Assembly (NCBI GenBank): GCA_002269645.1
Contig: NIVC01002754.1
Location: forward strand, 1 to 64,000
Direction of reading: 5' to 3'
DNA: 64,000 nucleotides
From: Macrostomum lignano
Taxonomy: Eukaryota
Within the stretch, counting starts at the first letter, position 1. Every line of letters starts with the position of its first letter. Of the stretch, positions 34,771 through 49,200 are shown piece after piece. Below the pieces are notes generated by a model that was not told where the DNA came from, did no database searches, and saw only the letters and a program-made list of their open reading frames with translations. The translations under genes were made by a program, and so were the position numbers.

Positions 34771-36714
34771 CTAAATTTCAAATTTGACAGCAAATAAAGT
34801 TAATAGTATCGGGTTTTTTAAAGTTACGGGTAAGGTGACCTGCGGTGTTTAAAAACCATGTACTCTTAATATGTACTTTGCACGACGGCGTCTGATTTGA
34901 CATTCACTGTAACATTGCACCGACATTTTTGCCGACTTTTGCTATTGTCATCCATCGGTGTAGTGTAAAAAAAATCATTGTCAGCAACGTCCAGCGAATT
35001 CGAATACGTTGGAATTTTGCATGGCTGTTGATCTTCTCATTTTTTATGAAATTCTAAAAGCGCAACCATGTACCAGGCTGAATTAAAATCGATATTTTTA
35101 GCTGTACAATTTGAATAGTCTTGGTACGGGCGTCTTGGGAAGGTGGAACTTTCACAACAGCGAAACTTAATATGAAAAGAACCATGTGCATTAGTTTTCG
35201 GCGTTGTAAAATTTTGACTTTATGAAGTCTCTTGCTAGATTTCTCGATGATGTTTTTGAGATTTTGAACGTTTGAATTTTCGACCTTGTGAATGAAGGTG
35301 CCTTTGGCGCAGTGAAATATCGAGTTTAGGAAACTAGCTTCTTGGCGAAGTTTGAAACCTTAAACTCCATATAAGCATAAAAGCTTACTCCAGCGCTGCG
35401 ATATGATACCGTTGTTTTAGCTAATCGTCAACCTTCTTTAAAACCATTTTCGTTATAGTGGATTTAGTATATTTAGATTGTAATTTTCTGTAGGAGTAAA
35501 AGAAAAAAATGAATCAAATCAGTATCAAGAAATTGGCTTACTGTAGGCAGTTACAGCTTGAAGTAGCATTAAAAACAGAAGCCATCGATGCCAAGTCGCT
35601 TGAAAAGTGGGCCTGCTGGTCATGCTGAACCGTTAGAATCCTTTTGATAGCCGAATAACTTTTTTTAGCAGTTCAGCTTAATCGTTTGAGATCGTTTGCT
35701 CTCGAGGGCGGAGGTCTTGTCAATTTTATAGTCTTTAGATTTTCATCTCCTGTCGCTGATGGACTGGATTCGGCAGGGTTAGCAGCTGGCAGTGGTCTAC
35801 ATGAACAGTTTTCATGCCCTATGTATCCGGGTTTTATCCATTACACCTGTATCCTACGGAGGCGAGGGTATAGATTAGCTAGGGCTTTTGCTTTCGGTGA
35901 GTGAGGAGAGTTAAGCGAGGGCAGTCGTTGAGAGTCTTTTTGCTGCTCTTTCGAGCGGTCAGCTTGCAGATCCACCCCTGGGTTGCTACGCTCCTCGGGG
36001 TTGGCAGTGGGTCTGTCGGTCCGCAGCTTCTCACCTCCGGGTTGTGCACACGCTGCGCTCATTAATCTTTTATCGTCTCGTTGGTCAGCTGCTTTGTTTC
36101 AGATCGCCGCCCTTGCTCACCTTCTCTGTCTGGAATGGTGGTGGCTGCTATTGTCTTTCCTGCGCTTTTGCCTTCCACTCACTGTAGGCTTATATTGTGT
36201 TGCCTATTGCTGTTTGTATCTTTTTCGTATCTGCTTTATACTCTACTCTGGCCTCGCCTCGCTTACCGCCTCCTTGGCTTTGTTCTTTATGCGGCCCATT
36301 CTTACGGATTTCTAAGCCCTCTCTATCTCCTTCATGTATACAGGCTTTAAACAACAATTGCCTTTGGATACTAACATAAGAGGTAAAAATCGACATGTCT
36401 TTTATTCAATTTTTTATTCCGTTTTTTGTTGCCGGGATTTCCGTCGAGCTCTGGAAACAGCTGCCCAGTTTCAAAGGGATCTGAACTAGCTGGAAAACGC
36501 GATCATGATTTCGCCGAATACGAATGCACTGTCAATCTTAGCATTGATTTTATGACATTAGCCTTGTGCAGTTTTACTTCAATTCCCAAACCAGGCATTG
36601 CAGCTGGTGTTGGGACTCCTGGACATTTGATTTCACATGACTGTCACAGTAAAAATTAACATCAAAGTTACTGGAGATGTAACATTTAGACTAGTTTTTG
36701 TACAGTTGCTGATA

Positions 36715-37415
36715 TGACGCCAAAATCAGACATCTCAGATATGGCGCAAAAAAAGACATCTCAGATATGGCGCCAAAAACAGACATCTCAGATATGGCGC
36801 CAAAATCAGGCATCTCAGATATGGCGCCAAAAACAGACATCTCAGATATGACGCCAAAATCAGACATCTCAGATATGGCGCCAAAAACAGACATCTCAGA
36901 TATGACGCCAAAAACAGACATTTCAGATATGGCGCCAAAAACAGACATCTCAGATATGGCGACAAAATCAGGCTTCTCAGATATGGCGCCAAAAACAGAC
37001 ATCTCAGATATGATGCCAAAATCAATCATGTCAGATATGGCGCCAAAATCAGGCATCTCAGATATGGCGCCAAAATCAGGCATCTCAGATATGGCGCCAA
37101 AATCAGGCATCTCAGATATGGCGCCAAAATCAGGCATCTCAGATATGGCGACAAAATCAGGCATCTCAGATATGGCGCCAAAATCAGGCATCTCAGATAT
37201 GGCGCCAAAATCAGGCATCTCAGATATGGCGCCAAAATCAGGCATCGCAGATATGGCGCCAAAAACAGACATCTCAGATATGGCGCCAAAATCAGGCATC
37301 TCAGATATGGCGCCAAAATCAGGCATCTCAGATATGGCGCCAAAATCAGGCATCGCAGATATGGCGCCAAAAACATACATCTCAGATATGGCGCCAAAAT
37401 CAGGCATCTCAGATA
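36715..37415 (+). repeat. 27-bp minisatellite (GATATGGCGCCAAAATCAGGCATCTCA), ~26 copies
   Basis: Direct reading; inverted counterpart at 59305-59500. Confidence 0.95.
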
Positions 37416-37426
37416 CTCAGCTGCAT

Positions 37427-38790
37427 GGACGTCCCCGGCGCTGTCCAGGAGGCGCGCCTCGTCTGGGGGATTTACAGAGTCTCAGGAGGCCGGCTGCGGC
37501 GGGTGGAGGCGGTTTCTCGGAATTGAACTTTTAATCTTTGTGCGTCTGTCTTTATCTGACCTTTCTTCGCTGTCTCACCCTGTGTTCCCCTCTCACCCTC
37601 TGTGTTCCCCTCTAACCCTCTGTGTTCCCCTCTCACCCTGTGTTCCCCTCTAACCCTCTGTGTTCCCCTCTAACCCTCTGTGTTCCCCTCTCACCCTGTG
37701 TTCCCCTCTAACCCTCTGTGTTCCCCTCTCACCCTGTGTTCCCCTCTAACCCTCTGTGTTCCCCTCTCACCCTCTGTGTTCCCCTCTAACCCTCTGTGTT
37801 CCCCTCTCACCCTGTGTTCCCCTCTAACCCTCTGTGTTCCCCTCTCACCCTCTGTGTTCCCCTCTAACCCTCTGTGTTCCCCTCTCACCCTGTGTTCCCC
37901 TCTAACCCTCTGTGTTCCCCTCTCACCCTCTATGTTCCCCTCTCACCCTCTGTGTTCCCCTCTCACCCTCTATGTTCCCCTCTCACCCTCTGTGTTCCCC
38001 TCTCACCCTCTATGTTCCCCTCTCACCCTCTATGTTCCCCTCTCACCCTCTATGTTCCCCTCTCACCGTCTATGTTCCCCTCTCACCCTCTGTGTTCCCC
38101 TCTCACCCTCATGTTCCCCTCTCACCCTCTGTGTTCCCCTCTCACCCTCTATGTTCCCCTCTCCCCGCTGTCACAGATGAATGGATCTGGATGAGGATCG
38201 ATCCCAGAGTTGAAATTACCAGAAGTCAATAAATCAGCAGTGAGGAGAGTCAGATTTCAAGTTAAACAACTCCGTGTGTCGTATGCTGACCCCTGTGATT
38301 CGTATTAATTGGCCCAACTGATTTCGTTTCACTGAAGCTTGCCCTGGGCTTGAGTTTTTGTACGGCTGCCACAACACCCGACCGCAGCCCTGTGTGGGCG
38401 GGGGGGGAGCTCCGCAATCCAATCGGAGGTTTCTCGCGGGAATTTCAACTGCTGGCTAATAGGGCGCACTTTGATACCGCTTTCAAGGTGTTTCTTTTTG
38501 TTTCACTTCTCAATGTTCTCGTGACCCAGCGAGTCAAGTGACAATTGCGGCAATTATCCAGTTGCTACGGGGAACTATGCAATGTGATTTTCAATTCCCA
38601 GTGACCCAGATTGACATGATTCATGTTTGTTACGTATTGTTTCAGAAGTCGCCATAATCAGCGGTGTGTCGTGTGTTGAGGCGCCACTGAGGGGATGAAG
38701 GTGAAAAAGAGGATGAAAAAGAGGGGTGAATGTCACCGCCCTCCTGAGGGTGAATGAGATCGGGTGAATGTCAATGAGAGGGTGAAGAAG
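37427..38790 (-). pseudogene. Degraded inverted duplicate of the 57.4-58.5 kb locus, with ~0.75-0.8 kb of the main exon deleted
   Basis: 37427-37570 matches the reverse complement of 58345-58503 (GGACGTCCCCGGCGCTGTCCAGGAGG; CTTATCTGACCTTTCTTC). 38165-38720 matches the reverse complement of 57380-57935. The exon remnant has an in-frame TAA and a frameshift. Confidence 0.7.
37570..38165. repeat. ~20-bp minisatellite (TCACCCTCTGTGTTCCCCTC)
   Basis: Direct reading; related inverted array at 57935-58340. Confidence 0.95.
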
Positions 38791-38794
38791 AGGC

Positions 38795-39207
38795 CCAGCA
38801 ACTGAGAATCTGTGAGGCTGACCCAGCAACTGACACTCTGGGAGGCTGACCCAGCAACTGAGGATCTGGGAGGCTGACCCAGCAACTGACACTCTGTGAG
38901 GCTGACCCAGCAACTGACACTCTGGGAGGCTGACCCAGCAACTGACACTCTGGGAGGCTGACCCAGCAACTGACACTCTGGGAGGCTGACCCAGCAACTG
39001 AGGATCTGGGAGGCTGGCCCAGCAACTGACACTCTGGGAGGCTGACCCAGCAACTGAGGATCTGGGAGGCTGAAGCAGCAACTGACACTCTGGGAGGCTG
39101 ACCCAGCAACTGACACTCTGGGAGGCTGACCCAGCAACTGACACTCTGGGAGCTGGTCCAGCAACTGAGGATCTGGGAGGCTGACCCAGCAACTGAGGAT
39201 CTGGGAG
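38795..39207 (+). repeat. 28-bp minisatellite family, array 2
   Basis: GGAGGCTGACCCAGCAACTGACACTCTG variant. Confidence 0.95.
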
Positions 39208-40230
39208 GGTGAAAAGAAAGTGATATTAGAGACAAAAATGAATAAAATCGTAGCAAAGAATTGGTAATGATATTCTATTCACAAAAAACACATTATAGCA
39301 TTATTTATCAAATATATAACTCCGCTTTAACAACCAGTTTTATTTTCGTTCACCTAAAACGCCAGCACTAGCAACAACAAACGAATTTTATTAGCGACTT
39401 TATCGAAAGCACAAGTCAAAACAGTCCAGCTTTATTAGAAAAGAAAACCGGTTGCGCAAAAAATGCATTCGTAATCGTAAGATTTCAAGCTTAATAACTT
39501 ACACTATTATACTACTAAAAAGTAGGACGCAGAATCAGTAGAACATAAAAAATATATCAACCATAGTTTGTGAAATACGACACATGATTGGAAGAGCATG
39601 TAGTTTTAGCTTAATAGGAAAATTAATTATGATTAGAAATTTATAAGTTTGGCTTTATAAATTAGGAACTTAAAAAATATGGGTTAGAGGATAAATGGGT
39701 TAAGTTTCTAAAAATATTTTAATTCTCTAAAATATGACACCAATTAATCAATATAGGTTGTTTAACTATTGAAATGAAAATAATGTCTGACTTTCGTATG
39801 TCTCTTACACTTTACGGTATGTCACTGTTTTCATGTCTTCTACATGTTTATGTCATTATGTGTTTTAATGTCTCAGATGCTTTAATGCCTCTACATGTAT
39901 GTATATTACTCGTAATTTTCTCTAAAAATTTTATGTCACTGTCGTTTAATATCTTTTGTTTTTGACGTCACTATCTTTTAATGTTTCTTACGTTTTTTAA
40001 TGCTAATTTAAAAGATAGCGAACGAATATCTTTTAACGTACGTTATGTTCTTTTAAAGTTTCGATTGCATTTCATTGTCCCTACTATAGTCTTTTAATGT
40101 GTATTACGGATTTTTAAATGTCTCTTAAATAATTCTCTGAAATATGTCTCTCAGTTAAAACAAAATTTTCTATGCTCCCAAGCAAACTGTTATAATGCCT
40201 AAGATTTCAAATCAAATCAATCAATCAAAT

Positions 40231-43200
40231 TTAGAGTTTATCCAGAGCCAGACGGGCAGACGATCGGCAATGCTGCCTCAGGTGATTCTCGTTGTTAATA
40301 GCCTGATTGCAGCCCCGCCATCGGCATTTTACTCCGCCACCAATATCACCGCAATGCACCCGTTTCAAGTGACTGCTCAAATCTTCGGCGCTAAGAAATG
40401 CTAGAGTACAATTCGACCAATAGCACCGGAAAATATTCGATTTCAGCGTTGGCAACTGGGTGATCGTGACGCAGCCGCGACTGTCCCCAGCAACCAGACA
40501 CCTGGCCGACTCGAAGTACTGAACTGAGGTGACGGCATTGCGGCCGGGACTGGCCCACACCACCACATGGGTGCAGCCGTCGGTTGGAACCGACTTGCCC
40601 GAAGCTAGCGAGGCCGGCAGCCGGTGACAACGCACTGAACCATCGGAGCAGCCAAGGAACAGCCAGGTGGATCGAACGCTAACGTGCAAACTTATTAGAC
40701 GAATGTCCGAACTCGGACAGCCGGTTGTGTCCGAACTGAATTGGCTGATTGGCGACTCCCAACGGCCGGATCGAAAAGTTTGCAGGCACCAGGAGGACAG
40801 GCAGAAGGCTATGGAGCCGGGCAGGGGGCAGCGGACCGCAACTGGGGGCGTTGGCTGCTTGATGTTAAACAGCAGTATGCCGCTGCGCTCGTCTCTGGGT
40901 TGGCAGGGGCGGATTTGAGAGTGAGGAAGGGCGGATTTGAGAGTGAGGAAGGGCGGATTTTAGAGTGAGGAAGGGCGGATTTGAGAGTGAGGAAGGGCGG
41001 ATTTTAGAGTGAGGAAGGGCGGATTTTAGAGTGAGGAAGGGCGGATTTGAGAGTGAGGAAGGGCGGATTTGAGAGTGAGGAAGGGCGGATTTGAGAGTGA
41101 GGAAGGGCGGATTTGAGAGTGAGGAAGGGCGGATTTTAGAGTGAGGAAGGGCGGATTTTAGAGTGAGGAAGGGCGGATTTGAGAGTGAGGAAGGGCGGAT
41201 TTTAGAGTGAGGAAGGGCGGATTTGAGAGTGAGGAAGGGCGGATTTGAGAGTGAGGAAGGGCGGATTTGAGAGTGAGGAAGGGCGGATTTGAGAGTGAGG
41301 AAGGGCGGATTTTAGAGTGAGGAAGGGCGGATTTGAGAGTGAGGAAGGGCGGATTTTAGAGTGAGGAAGGGCGGATTTGAGAGTGAGGAAGGGCGGATTT
41401 GAGAGTGAGGAAGGGCGGATTTTAGAGTGAGGAAGGGCGGATTTGAGAGTGAGGAAGGGCGGATTTGAGAGTGAGGAAGGGCGGATTTGAGAGTGAGGAA
41501 GGGCGGATTTGAGAGTGAGGAAGGGTGGATTTTAGAGTGAGGAAGGGCGGATTTTAGAGTGAGGAAGGGCGGATTTGAGAGTGAGGAAGGGCGGATTTTA
41601 GAGTGAGGAAGGGCGGATTTGAGAGTGAGGAAGGGCGGATTTGAGAGTGAGGAAGGGCGGATTTGAGAGTGAGGAAGGGCGGATTTGAGAGTGAGGAAGG
41701 GTGGATTTTAGAGTGAGGAAGGGCGGATTTGAGAGTGAAGAGGGCGGTTTTTAGATTAAAGAGGGCGGGTTTTAGATTGAAGAGGGCAGTTTTTAGATTG
41801 AAGAGGGCAGTTTTTAGATTGAAGAGGGCGGTTTTTAGATTAAAGAGGGCGGTTTTTAGATTAAAGAGGGCGGGTTTTAGATTGAAGAGGGCGGTTTTTA
41901 GATTGAAGAGGGCGGTTTTTAGATTGAAGAGGGCGGTTTTTAGATTGAAGAGGGCGGGTTTTAGATTGAAGGCGGCGGATTGTAGATTCAGGGGCGCATT
42001 GTAGATTCAGGGGCGGAATGTGGATTCAGGGGCGGACTGTAGATTGAAGGGAGCGGATTGTAGATTGAAGGGAGCGGATTGTAGATTGAAGGGAGCGGAT
42101 TGTAGATTAAAGGGAGCGGATTTTAGATTGAAGGGAGCAGATTGTGGATCAGGGGCGGATTGTAGATTCAGGGGCGGATTGTAGATTCAGGGGCGGATTG
42201 TAGATTCAGGGGCGGATTGTAGATTCAGGGGCGGATTGTAGATTCAGGGGCGGATTGTAGATTCAGGGGCGGATTGTAGATTCAGGAGCGGATTGTAGAT
42301 TCACGGGCGGATTGTAGATTCAGGAGCGGATTGTAGATTCAGGGGCGGATTGTAGATTCAGGAGCGGATTGTAGATTCAGGGGCGGATTGTAGATTCAGG
42401 GGCGGATTGTAGATTCAGGAGCGGATTGTAGATTCATGGGCGGATTGTAGATTCAGGGGCGGATTGTAGATTCACGGGCGGATTGTAGATTCAGGAGCGG
42501 ATTGTAGATTCATGGGCGGATTGTAGATTCAGGAGCGGATTGTAGATTCAGGGGCGGATTGTAGATTCAGGGGTGGATTGTAGATTCACGGGCGGATTGT
42601 AGATTCAGGGGCGGATTGTAGATTCAGGAGCGGATTGTAGATTCACGGGCGGATTGTAGATTCAGGAGCGGATTGTAGATTCAGGGGCGGATTGTAGATT
42701 CAGGGGCGGATTGTAGATTCAGGGGCGGATTGTAGATTCAGGGGCGGATTGTAGATTCAGGGGCGGATTGTAGATTCACGGGCGGATTGTAGATTCAGGG
42801 GCGGATTGTAGATTCATGGGCGGATTGTAGATTCAGGAGCGGATTGTAGATTCAGGGGCGGATTGTAGATTCAGGGGTGGATTGTAGATTCACGGGCGGA
42901 TTGTAGATTCAGGGGCGGATCGTGGATTCAGGGGCGGACTGTAGATTGAAGGGAGCGGATTGTAGATTGAAGGGAGCGGATTGTAGATTAAAGGGAGCGG
43001 ATTTTAGATTGAAGGGAGCAGATTGTGGATCAGGAGCGGATTGTAGATTCAGGAGCGGATTTTAGATTGAAGGGAGCAGATTGTGGATCAGGAGCGGATT
43101 GTAGATTCATGGGCGGATTGTAGATTCATGGGCGGATTGTGGATTCAGGAGCGGATTGTAGATTCAGGGGCGGATTGTAGATTGAAGGGAGCAGATTGTA

Positions 43201-46200
43201 GATTCAGGGGCGGATTGTAGATTCAGGGGCGGATTGTAGATTCAGCGGCGGATTGTAGATTCAGGGGCGGATTGTAGATTCAGGAGCGGATTGTAGATTC
43301 AGGGGCGGATTGTAGATTCAGGGGCGGATTGTAGATTCAGGAGCGGATTGTAGATTCAGGGGCGGAATGCAGATTCAGGGGCGGATTGTAGATTCAGGGG
43401 CGGATTGTAGATTCAGGAGCGGATTGTAGATTCAGGGGCGGATTGTAGATTCAGGGGCGGAATGCAGATTCAGGGGCGGATTGTAGATTCAGGGGCGGAT
43501 TGTAGATTCAGGAGCGGATTGTAGATTCAGGAGCGGATTGTAGATTCAGGGGCGGAATGCAGATTCAGGGGCGGATTGTAGATTCAGGGGCGGATTGTAG
43601 ATTCAGGAGCGGATTGTAGATTCAGGGGCGGATTGTAGATTCAGGAGCGGATTGTAGATTCAGGGGCGGAATGCAGATTCAGGGGCGGATTGTAGATTCA
43701 GGGGCGGATTGTAGATTCAGGAGCGGATTGTAGATTCAGGGGCGGATTGGTTAACAATGAAAATGAGCTACACAAAATTAAGTGAAACTCACCGAACAAT
43801 AATAAGCTTGTCAGTCTGACAGCCAACTAAAGCAACGCGCCTGCCCTCGCAGACGGTCAGCTCCAGGCAGGACACCGGTCCGTCGCAGCCAATCCAGCCA
43901 GACATAAGTGTGGCGCTATTCAAATCGTACTTGCACACCCGGCCGCTGCCCAGGCCCAGATAGATACAATCCCATCGATGACAGGCAGCCCATAGTTGAG
44001 CTTCTAGGCTGCTTCGCTTCAACAAATCGCCAGTTCTAGTATTGTGCACAGACAGCACCGCGTCGGAGCCGCCGCTATAGATTCTAAACACATCGATAGA
44101 GCAGCCAAGGTTAGTAACTACCATACAGTTCACCCGGCACTGGCTGCTGGAACTGCCGCCTCGCCGATATGTAGTTAAGCATTCGTGAGTCTGCAATGAG
44201 AACCGTTTAGCGGTGCCATCGGCCGAGCCGGTGTACAGGAAACCGTTGCTAATTAGGGTGCAAATTATCTGATCTGAATTGTGCGCCTGAAATTTGCCAG
44301 GCAATGCCATTGTACTGGTTGGGGCCGATTCTTCCATTCTGGTGCGCTTTCGTTGCTCGCTTAGACTCAGGGTGGGTCTGCGCTGGGCGGCTGGGGTTTG
44401 AGCTCTGCGGTTACTGTCGCTGCTGCTGCTGCTGCTGCTGCTGTCGCTGCTGCTGCTCTCGAATCGGCGTCTTGGTGCGAATTGGAAACCCATGGCTCTT
44501 TTTTACCGCTTGTCTCTGCTGTCTACTGCTTATTTCTGTTGTCTACCGCTTATCTCTGCTGTCTACCGCTTATCTCTGTCTACCGCTTATCTCTCTGTCT
44601 ACCGTTTATCACTGCTGTCTACCGCTTGTCTCTGTTGTCTACTGCTTATTTCTGTTGTCTTACCGCTTATTGCTGCTGGCTGCCGCTTATTTCTGCTGTC
44701 TACCGCTTATCTCTCTGCTGTCTACCGCTTGCCTCTGCTGTCTACCGCTTATCTGTCTCTGTTTACCGCCTACCTCTGCTGTCTACCGCTTATCTCTCTG
44801 TCTACCGCTTATCTCGGCTGTCTACCGCTTATCTCTGCTGTCTACCGCTTATCTCTGTTGTCTACCGCTTATCTCTCTGTTGTCTACCGCTTATCTCTGC
44901 TGTCTACGGCTTATCTCTGCTGTCTACCGCTTATCTCTCTCTGTCTACCGCTTATCTGTCTCTGTCTACCGCTTATCTCACTCAATTTACCGCTTATCTC
45001 TGCTGTCTACGGCTTATCTCTCGCTGTCTACGGCTTATCTCTGCTGTCTACCGCTTATCTCTCTGTCTACCGCTTATCTCGGCTGTCTACCGCTTATCTC
45101 TGCTGTCTACCGCTTATCTCTGTTGTCTACCGCTTATCTCTCTGTTGTCTACCGCTTATCTCTCTCTGTCTACCGCTTATCTGTCTCTGTCTACCGCTTA
45201 TCTCACTCAATTTACCGCTTATCTCTGCTGTCTACGGCTTATCTCTGCTGTCTACCGCTTATCTCTCTCTGTCTACCGCTTATCTGTCTCTGTCTACCGC
45301 TTATCTCACTCAATTTACCGCTTATCTCTGCTGTCTACGGCTTATCTCTCGCTGTCTACGGCTTATCTCTGCTGTCTACCGCTTATCTCTCGCTGTCTAC
45401 CGCTTATCTCTGCTGTCTACGGCTTATCTCTGCTGTCTACTGTTTATCTCTCTCTGTCTACCGCTTATCTGTCTGTCTACCGCTTATCTCACTCAATTTA
45501 CCGCTTATCTCTGCTGTCTACCGCTTATCTCACTCAGTTTACCGCTTATTTGTCTGTCTTACCACTTTCTCTAAAAATTACAACTGCTATCCTGGATCAC
45601 CGATATTTTAAGCACAAAACCGCCGACAAGATTCAGCACTCACCGACTGGAAGATTTGGATGTACCCGCAACACTGGCAACTGCAGCACCAATAGTCGCT
45701 GCGGAATCAGAACTTTTATTATTATTATTGTTACTTTTGAGCTTATTTCTAATATCCAAATCCACCACAATGACGTCATCGGAATCTGCCTCCACTTTAA
45801 CATTCTTGTCTTTCTGCTTTTTATTTTCTTTTTCGCCATTCCTACTAACAGTAGTAGGAATATTAGTTGTACTGCTACTAGTAATATCGGTGGACTTCTC
45901 AGATTTAACAACTCCAGCTTGCTGTAAAGAACGAGCAATACAGGCAAAAGTTGAGGAGACATTGTTGGTGTCATTCGGTTCAGCAGCTGACGTTCTTGGC
46001 CTCTTAGCCGCTGGCGGAGCTGCAGTACTCTCTTCATCGTCTGAGTCATCTCCATCATTATCATTATTATCGGCAGGAGCATCTCCAGTTGCAGTGGATG
46101 AATTAGCCGCTTGAGCAGACAGTCTCTCAGCCACTAGGCGATCCATTTCGGCAAACGTCAGATCTCTGGACTGCTCGGATCGAATTATACTGCGAATCAC

Positions 46201-49200
46201 TTGTAAAGTGGCTTCGTCTACAGGGGATGAGGCGCTAGCGGAGACTGGGCCAGTGGCGTCGAAAGAACACGGCTCAGCTGGTGGTGGCGGAAGCAGCGAG
46301 GGCGGCTGCGCAGGCGGCGGCGTTGGTGGAGCAACTCGAGGTTCAGCTGCAGTTTGCTGTGGCGAACCACTGGACGGCCCTGAGACACTTTCTGGAAATG
46401 CAAGAAGAAATTGTTTAGTTCTGGTACCACTGGGCTGGCCTAGAAACTGAGGCTTTGAGAGGCTGGCACAGCAACTGAGGCCTTGAGAGGCTGGCAAAGC
46501 AACTGAGGATTTAGGAGGCTAGCACAGCAACTGAGGATCTGGGAGGCTAGCACAGCAACTGAGGATCTGGGAGGCTGGTCCAGCAACTGAGGATCTGGGA
46601 GGCTGGCCCAGCAACTGAGGATCTGGAAGGCTGGCTCAGCAACTGAGGATCTGGAAGGCTGGCCCAGCAACTGAAGATCTGGGAGGCTGGTCCAGCAACT
46701 GAGGATCTGGGAGGCTGGCTCAGCAACTGAGGATCTGTGAGGCTGGCCCAGCAACTGAGAATGTGGGAGGCTGGCCCAGCAACTAAAGATTTGGGAGGCT
46801 GGCCCAGCAAATGAGGATCTGAGCTGTTAGCAGTGGATGCATACCAGCCTACTGAATCTAATAAATAAAATGTACTATGCAACGACGCATCATCGGTTAT
46901 AAATAAACATGTTTAGTTTGTTTCGAAGCGATTGATTCTTATCCCTATATTTATCTCAGTCTTTCCTTCTCAATTTCACTAGTCTGATGAGTGAGAGAAC
47001 TCAGAGCTGTAGTTCCAATTAGGCATTAGTCACGAACTGCTTCTTTGCACCTAGGTTTTATCCCTGGATTCCAATTGCATTTGGTTCCTAATTGGGCTAT
47101 ATTTAACCGACTTAGACACGAGGCTTCGCGGAGAAAATATTAGAGAAACTTTGAAGTAAGACAATATGAAACGCTGATTGGATTGCAACTAGCTCGTACT
47201 CGCAGATAAAATGCATACCAATCCGACGGAATTACACATAGTAACTCGTCTTATACTGAGCCTTTTCTACAGCGGTTGAGCAAAAGTTGGGTGCGAGCCT
47301 GTGTAAAGGAAACTTAAACGTAAGTTTATTCTTCGACCTACTAGTACTAGCTACTATCTGATCTTAGCATCTCTCTCTACTTGTCTCTGTATCTTGCCGG
47401 CCTCTAATCCTGCCGCTTATCTGCGTATCTCGCCGGCCTCTCTTATCTTGCCGCCTCTTTGAACTTGCCACTTGTCTGTGTATTTCGCCGGCCTTTCTTA
47501 TCTTGTCGCCTCTTTGATCTTGCCGCTTATCTGTGTATCTCGCCGGCCTCTTTGTTCTTGCCGCTTATCTGTGTATCTCACTGGCCTCTTTGTTCTTGCC
47601 GCTTATCTGTGTATCTCGCCGGCCTCTCTTATCTTGCCGCCTCTTTGAGCTTGCCACTTGTCTGTGTATTTCGCCGGCCTTTCTTATCTTGTCGCCTCTT
47701 TGATCTTGCCGCTTATCTGTGTATCTCGCCGGCCTCTTTGTTCTTGCCGCTTATCTGTGTATCTCACTGGCCTCTTTGTTCTTGCCGCTTATCTGTGTAT
47801 CTCGCCGGCCTCTCTTATCTTGCCGCCTCTTTGAGCTTGCCACTTGTCTGTGTATTTCGCCGGCCTTTCTTAATATCTTGTCGCCTCTTTGATCTTGCCG
47901 CTTATCTGTGTATCTCGCCGGCCTCTTTGTTCTTGCCGCTTATCTGTGTATCTCGCCGGCCTCTTTGTTCTTGCCGCTTATCTGTGTATCTCGCCGGCCT
48001 CTTTGTTCTTGCCGCTTATCTGTGTATCTCGCCGGCCTCTTTGTTCTTGCCGCTTATCTGTGTATCTCGCCGGCCTCTTTGTTCTTGCCGCTTATCTGTG
48101 TATCTCACCGACCTCTCTTATCTTGCCGCCTCTTTGATCCTGTCGGCCTCTCATCTTGCCGCATCTTTGCTCTTGCCGCCTGTATCTGATCTGAGCCTCT
48201 GATCGTGCTAAATCTGACTTCGAAGATTCTTAGTCTGATTTTGCTACCCCAGTCAAATAAGCGCTGTTTACGCCATTGCCGTAATCGCCCTCAACGGCAC
48301 AAGTCTGCAACAAATCATTAATCTGGAACTTGCAAGTTAAATTAATATATCATAAATTTTATCTCAACAGACAAAACGATGACAAACGACAACAACGGAG
48401 ATTCTTTCATCAGCACAGTCGCTTACCGGCAAGAAAATCAAATAAGTTTAACAACAGCATCCACACAGACTGAACAGCAACTATTTGGCACAGATTTCAT
48501 ATCGGTCGGCGGCCTGGCTTTAATATTTGTGGCACTATTCCTGCTACTATCTTCAGCAGTAGGCATTTTAGTGTATCAATTAGCTAGCCGGGGCCTAATC
48601 TGGCGCAGTACTGAAGCCGAGCTCAATCAGGTCAACCAGCTCTGGTCTCGGCCATCTAGCAGGGCTGGCACAACAATGGGCACTAGGACCACAGCAATGG
48701 GCGGTAGTCCTAGCGAAGCTGGCGCAATGCCAACGTCCCCTAGAAGCAGCCTGAGTGGCGGCAGCGGCAGGCAAAGCGGCGAAGCTTCTGCCACTAATAG
48801 CGGCATCGTTGTCCGACGAAACAGCAGCCGAGTGTCCATTATATCGCCTAGTAGCGTCACTAGCAACAGCAATAGCAACAACAATATTAACAGTACTACT
48901 CATAGTAATAGTCCGCAGACATCTATATCCCCGTCAATTGCGTTGACAAGAGTGGAAAGTTGAGTTACTAAGTGCATCTAATTGCTCAAGTCTTATTATT
49001 TTGCAAGTTTCATTTTTTCTCATTAACCTCAAATTCACAAGCATTGACACAATTGAATCTCATTAAATATAAAGCAAAACATCCCGAAGTCTCGGGTATA
49101 ACAAAAAATTACCTTTTAAAATTGCCAGTCGTTTAGACGTCAAATTAGCCTTCTTTTCAGTCAGCTGTAAAATGAATTTTATACTAATGCTTGTAAGCTA

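Noticed and set aside
35690-36660. Coding-like stretches on the minus strand (35841-36396, 36500-36640)
   Set aside because: Multiple stops and frame changes with no consistent exon chain; possibly a decayed gene or UTR.
36691-37534. (DMAPKSGIS)n and (MPDFGAISE)n ORFs resembling repeat proteins
   Set aside because: A 27-bp minisatellite with no flanking signal or splice support; related arrays elsewhere are intronic.
40820-40850. Suspected frameshift in the last ZNF106 exon
   Set aside because: Recounting shows 40893 and 40689 are 204 nt apart and the frame is open; there is no frameshift.
44304-45927. Long Leu/Cys-rich hydrophobic plus-strand ORFs
   Set aside because: Produced by the intronic 20-bp repeat and the antisense of ZNF106 exons.
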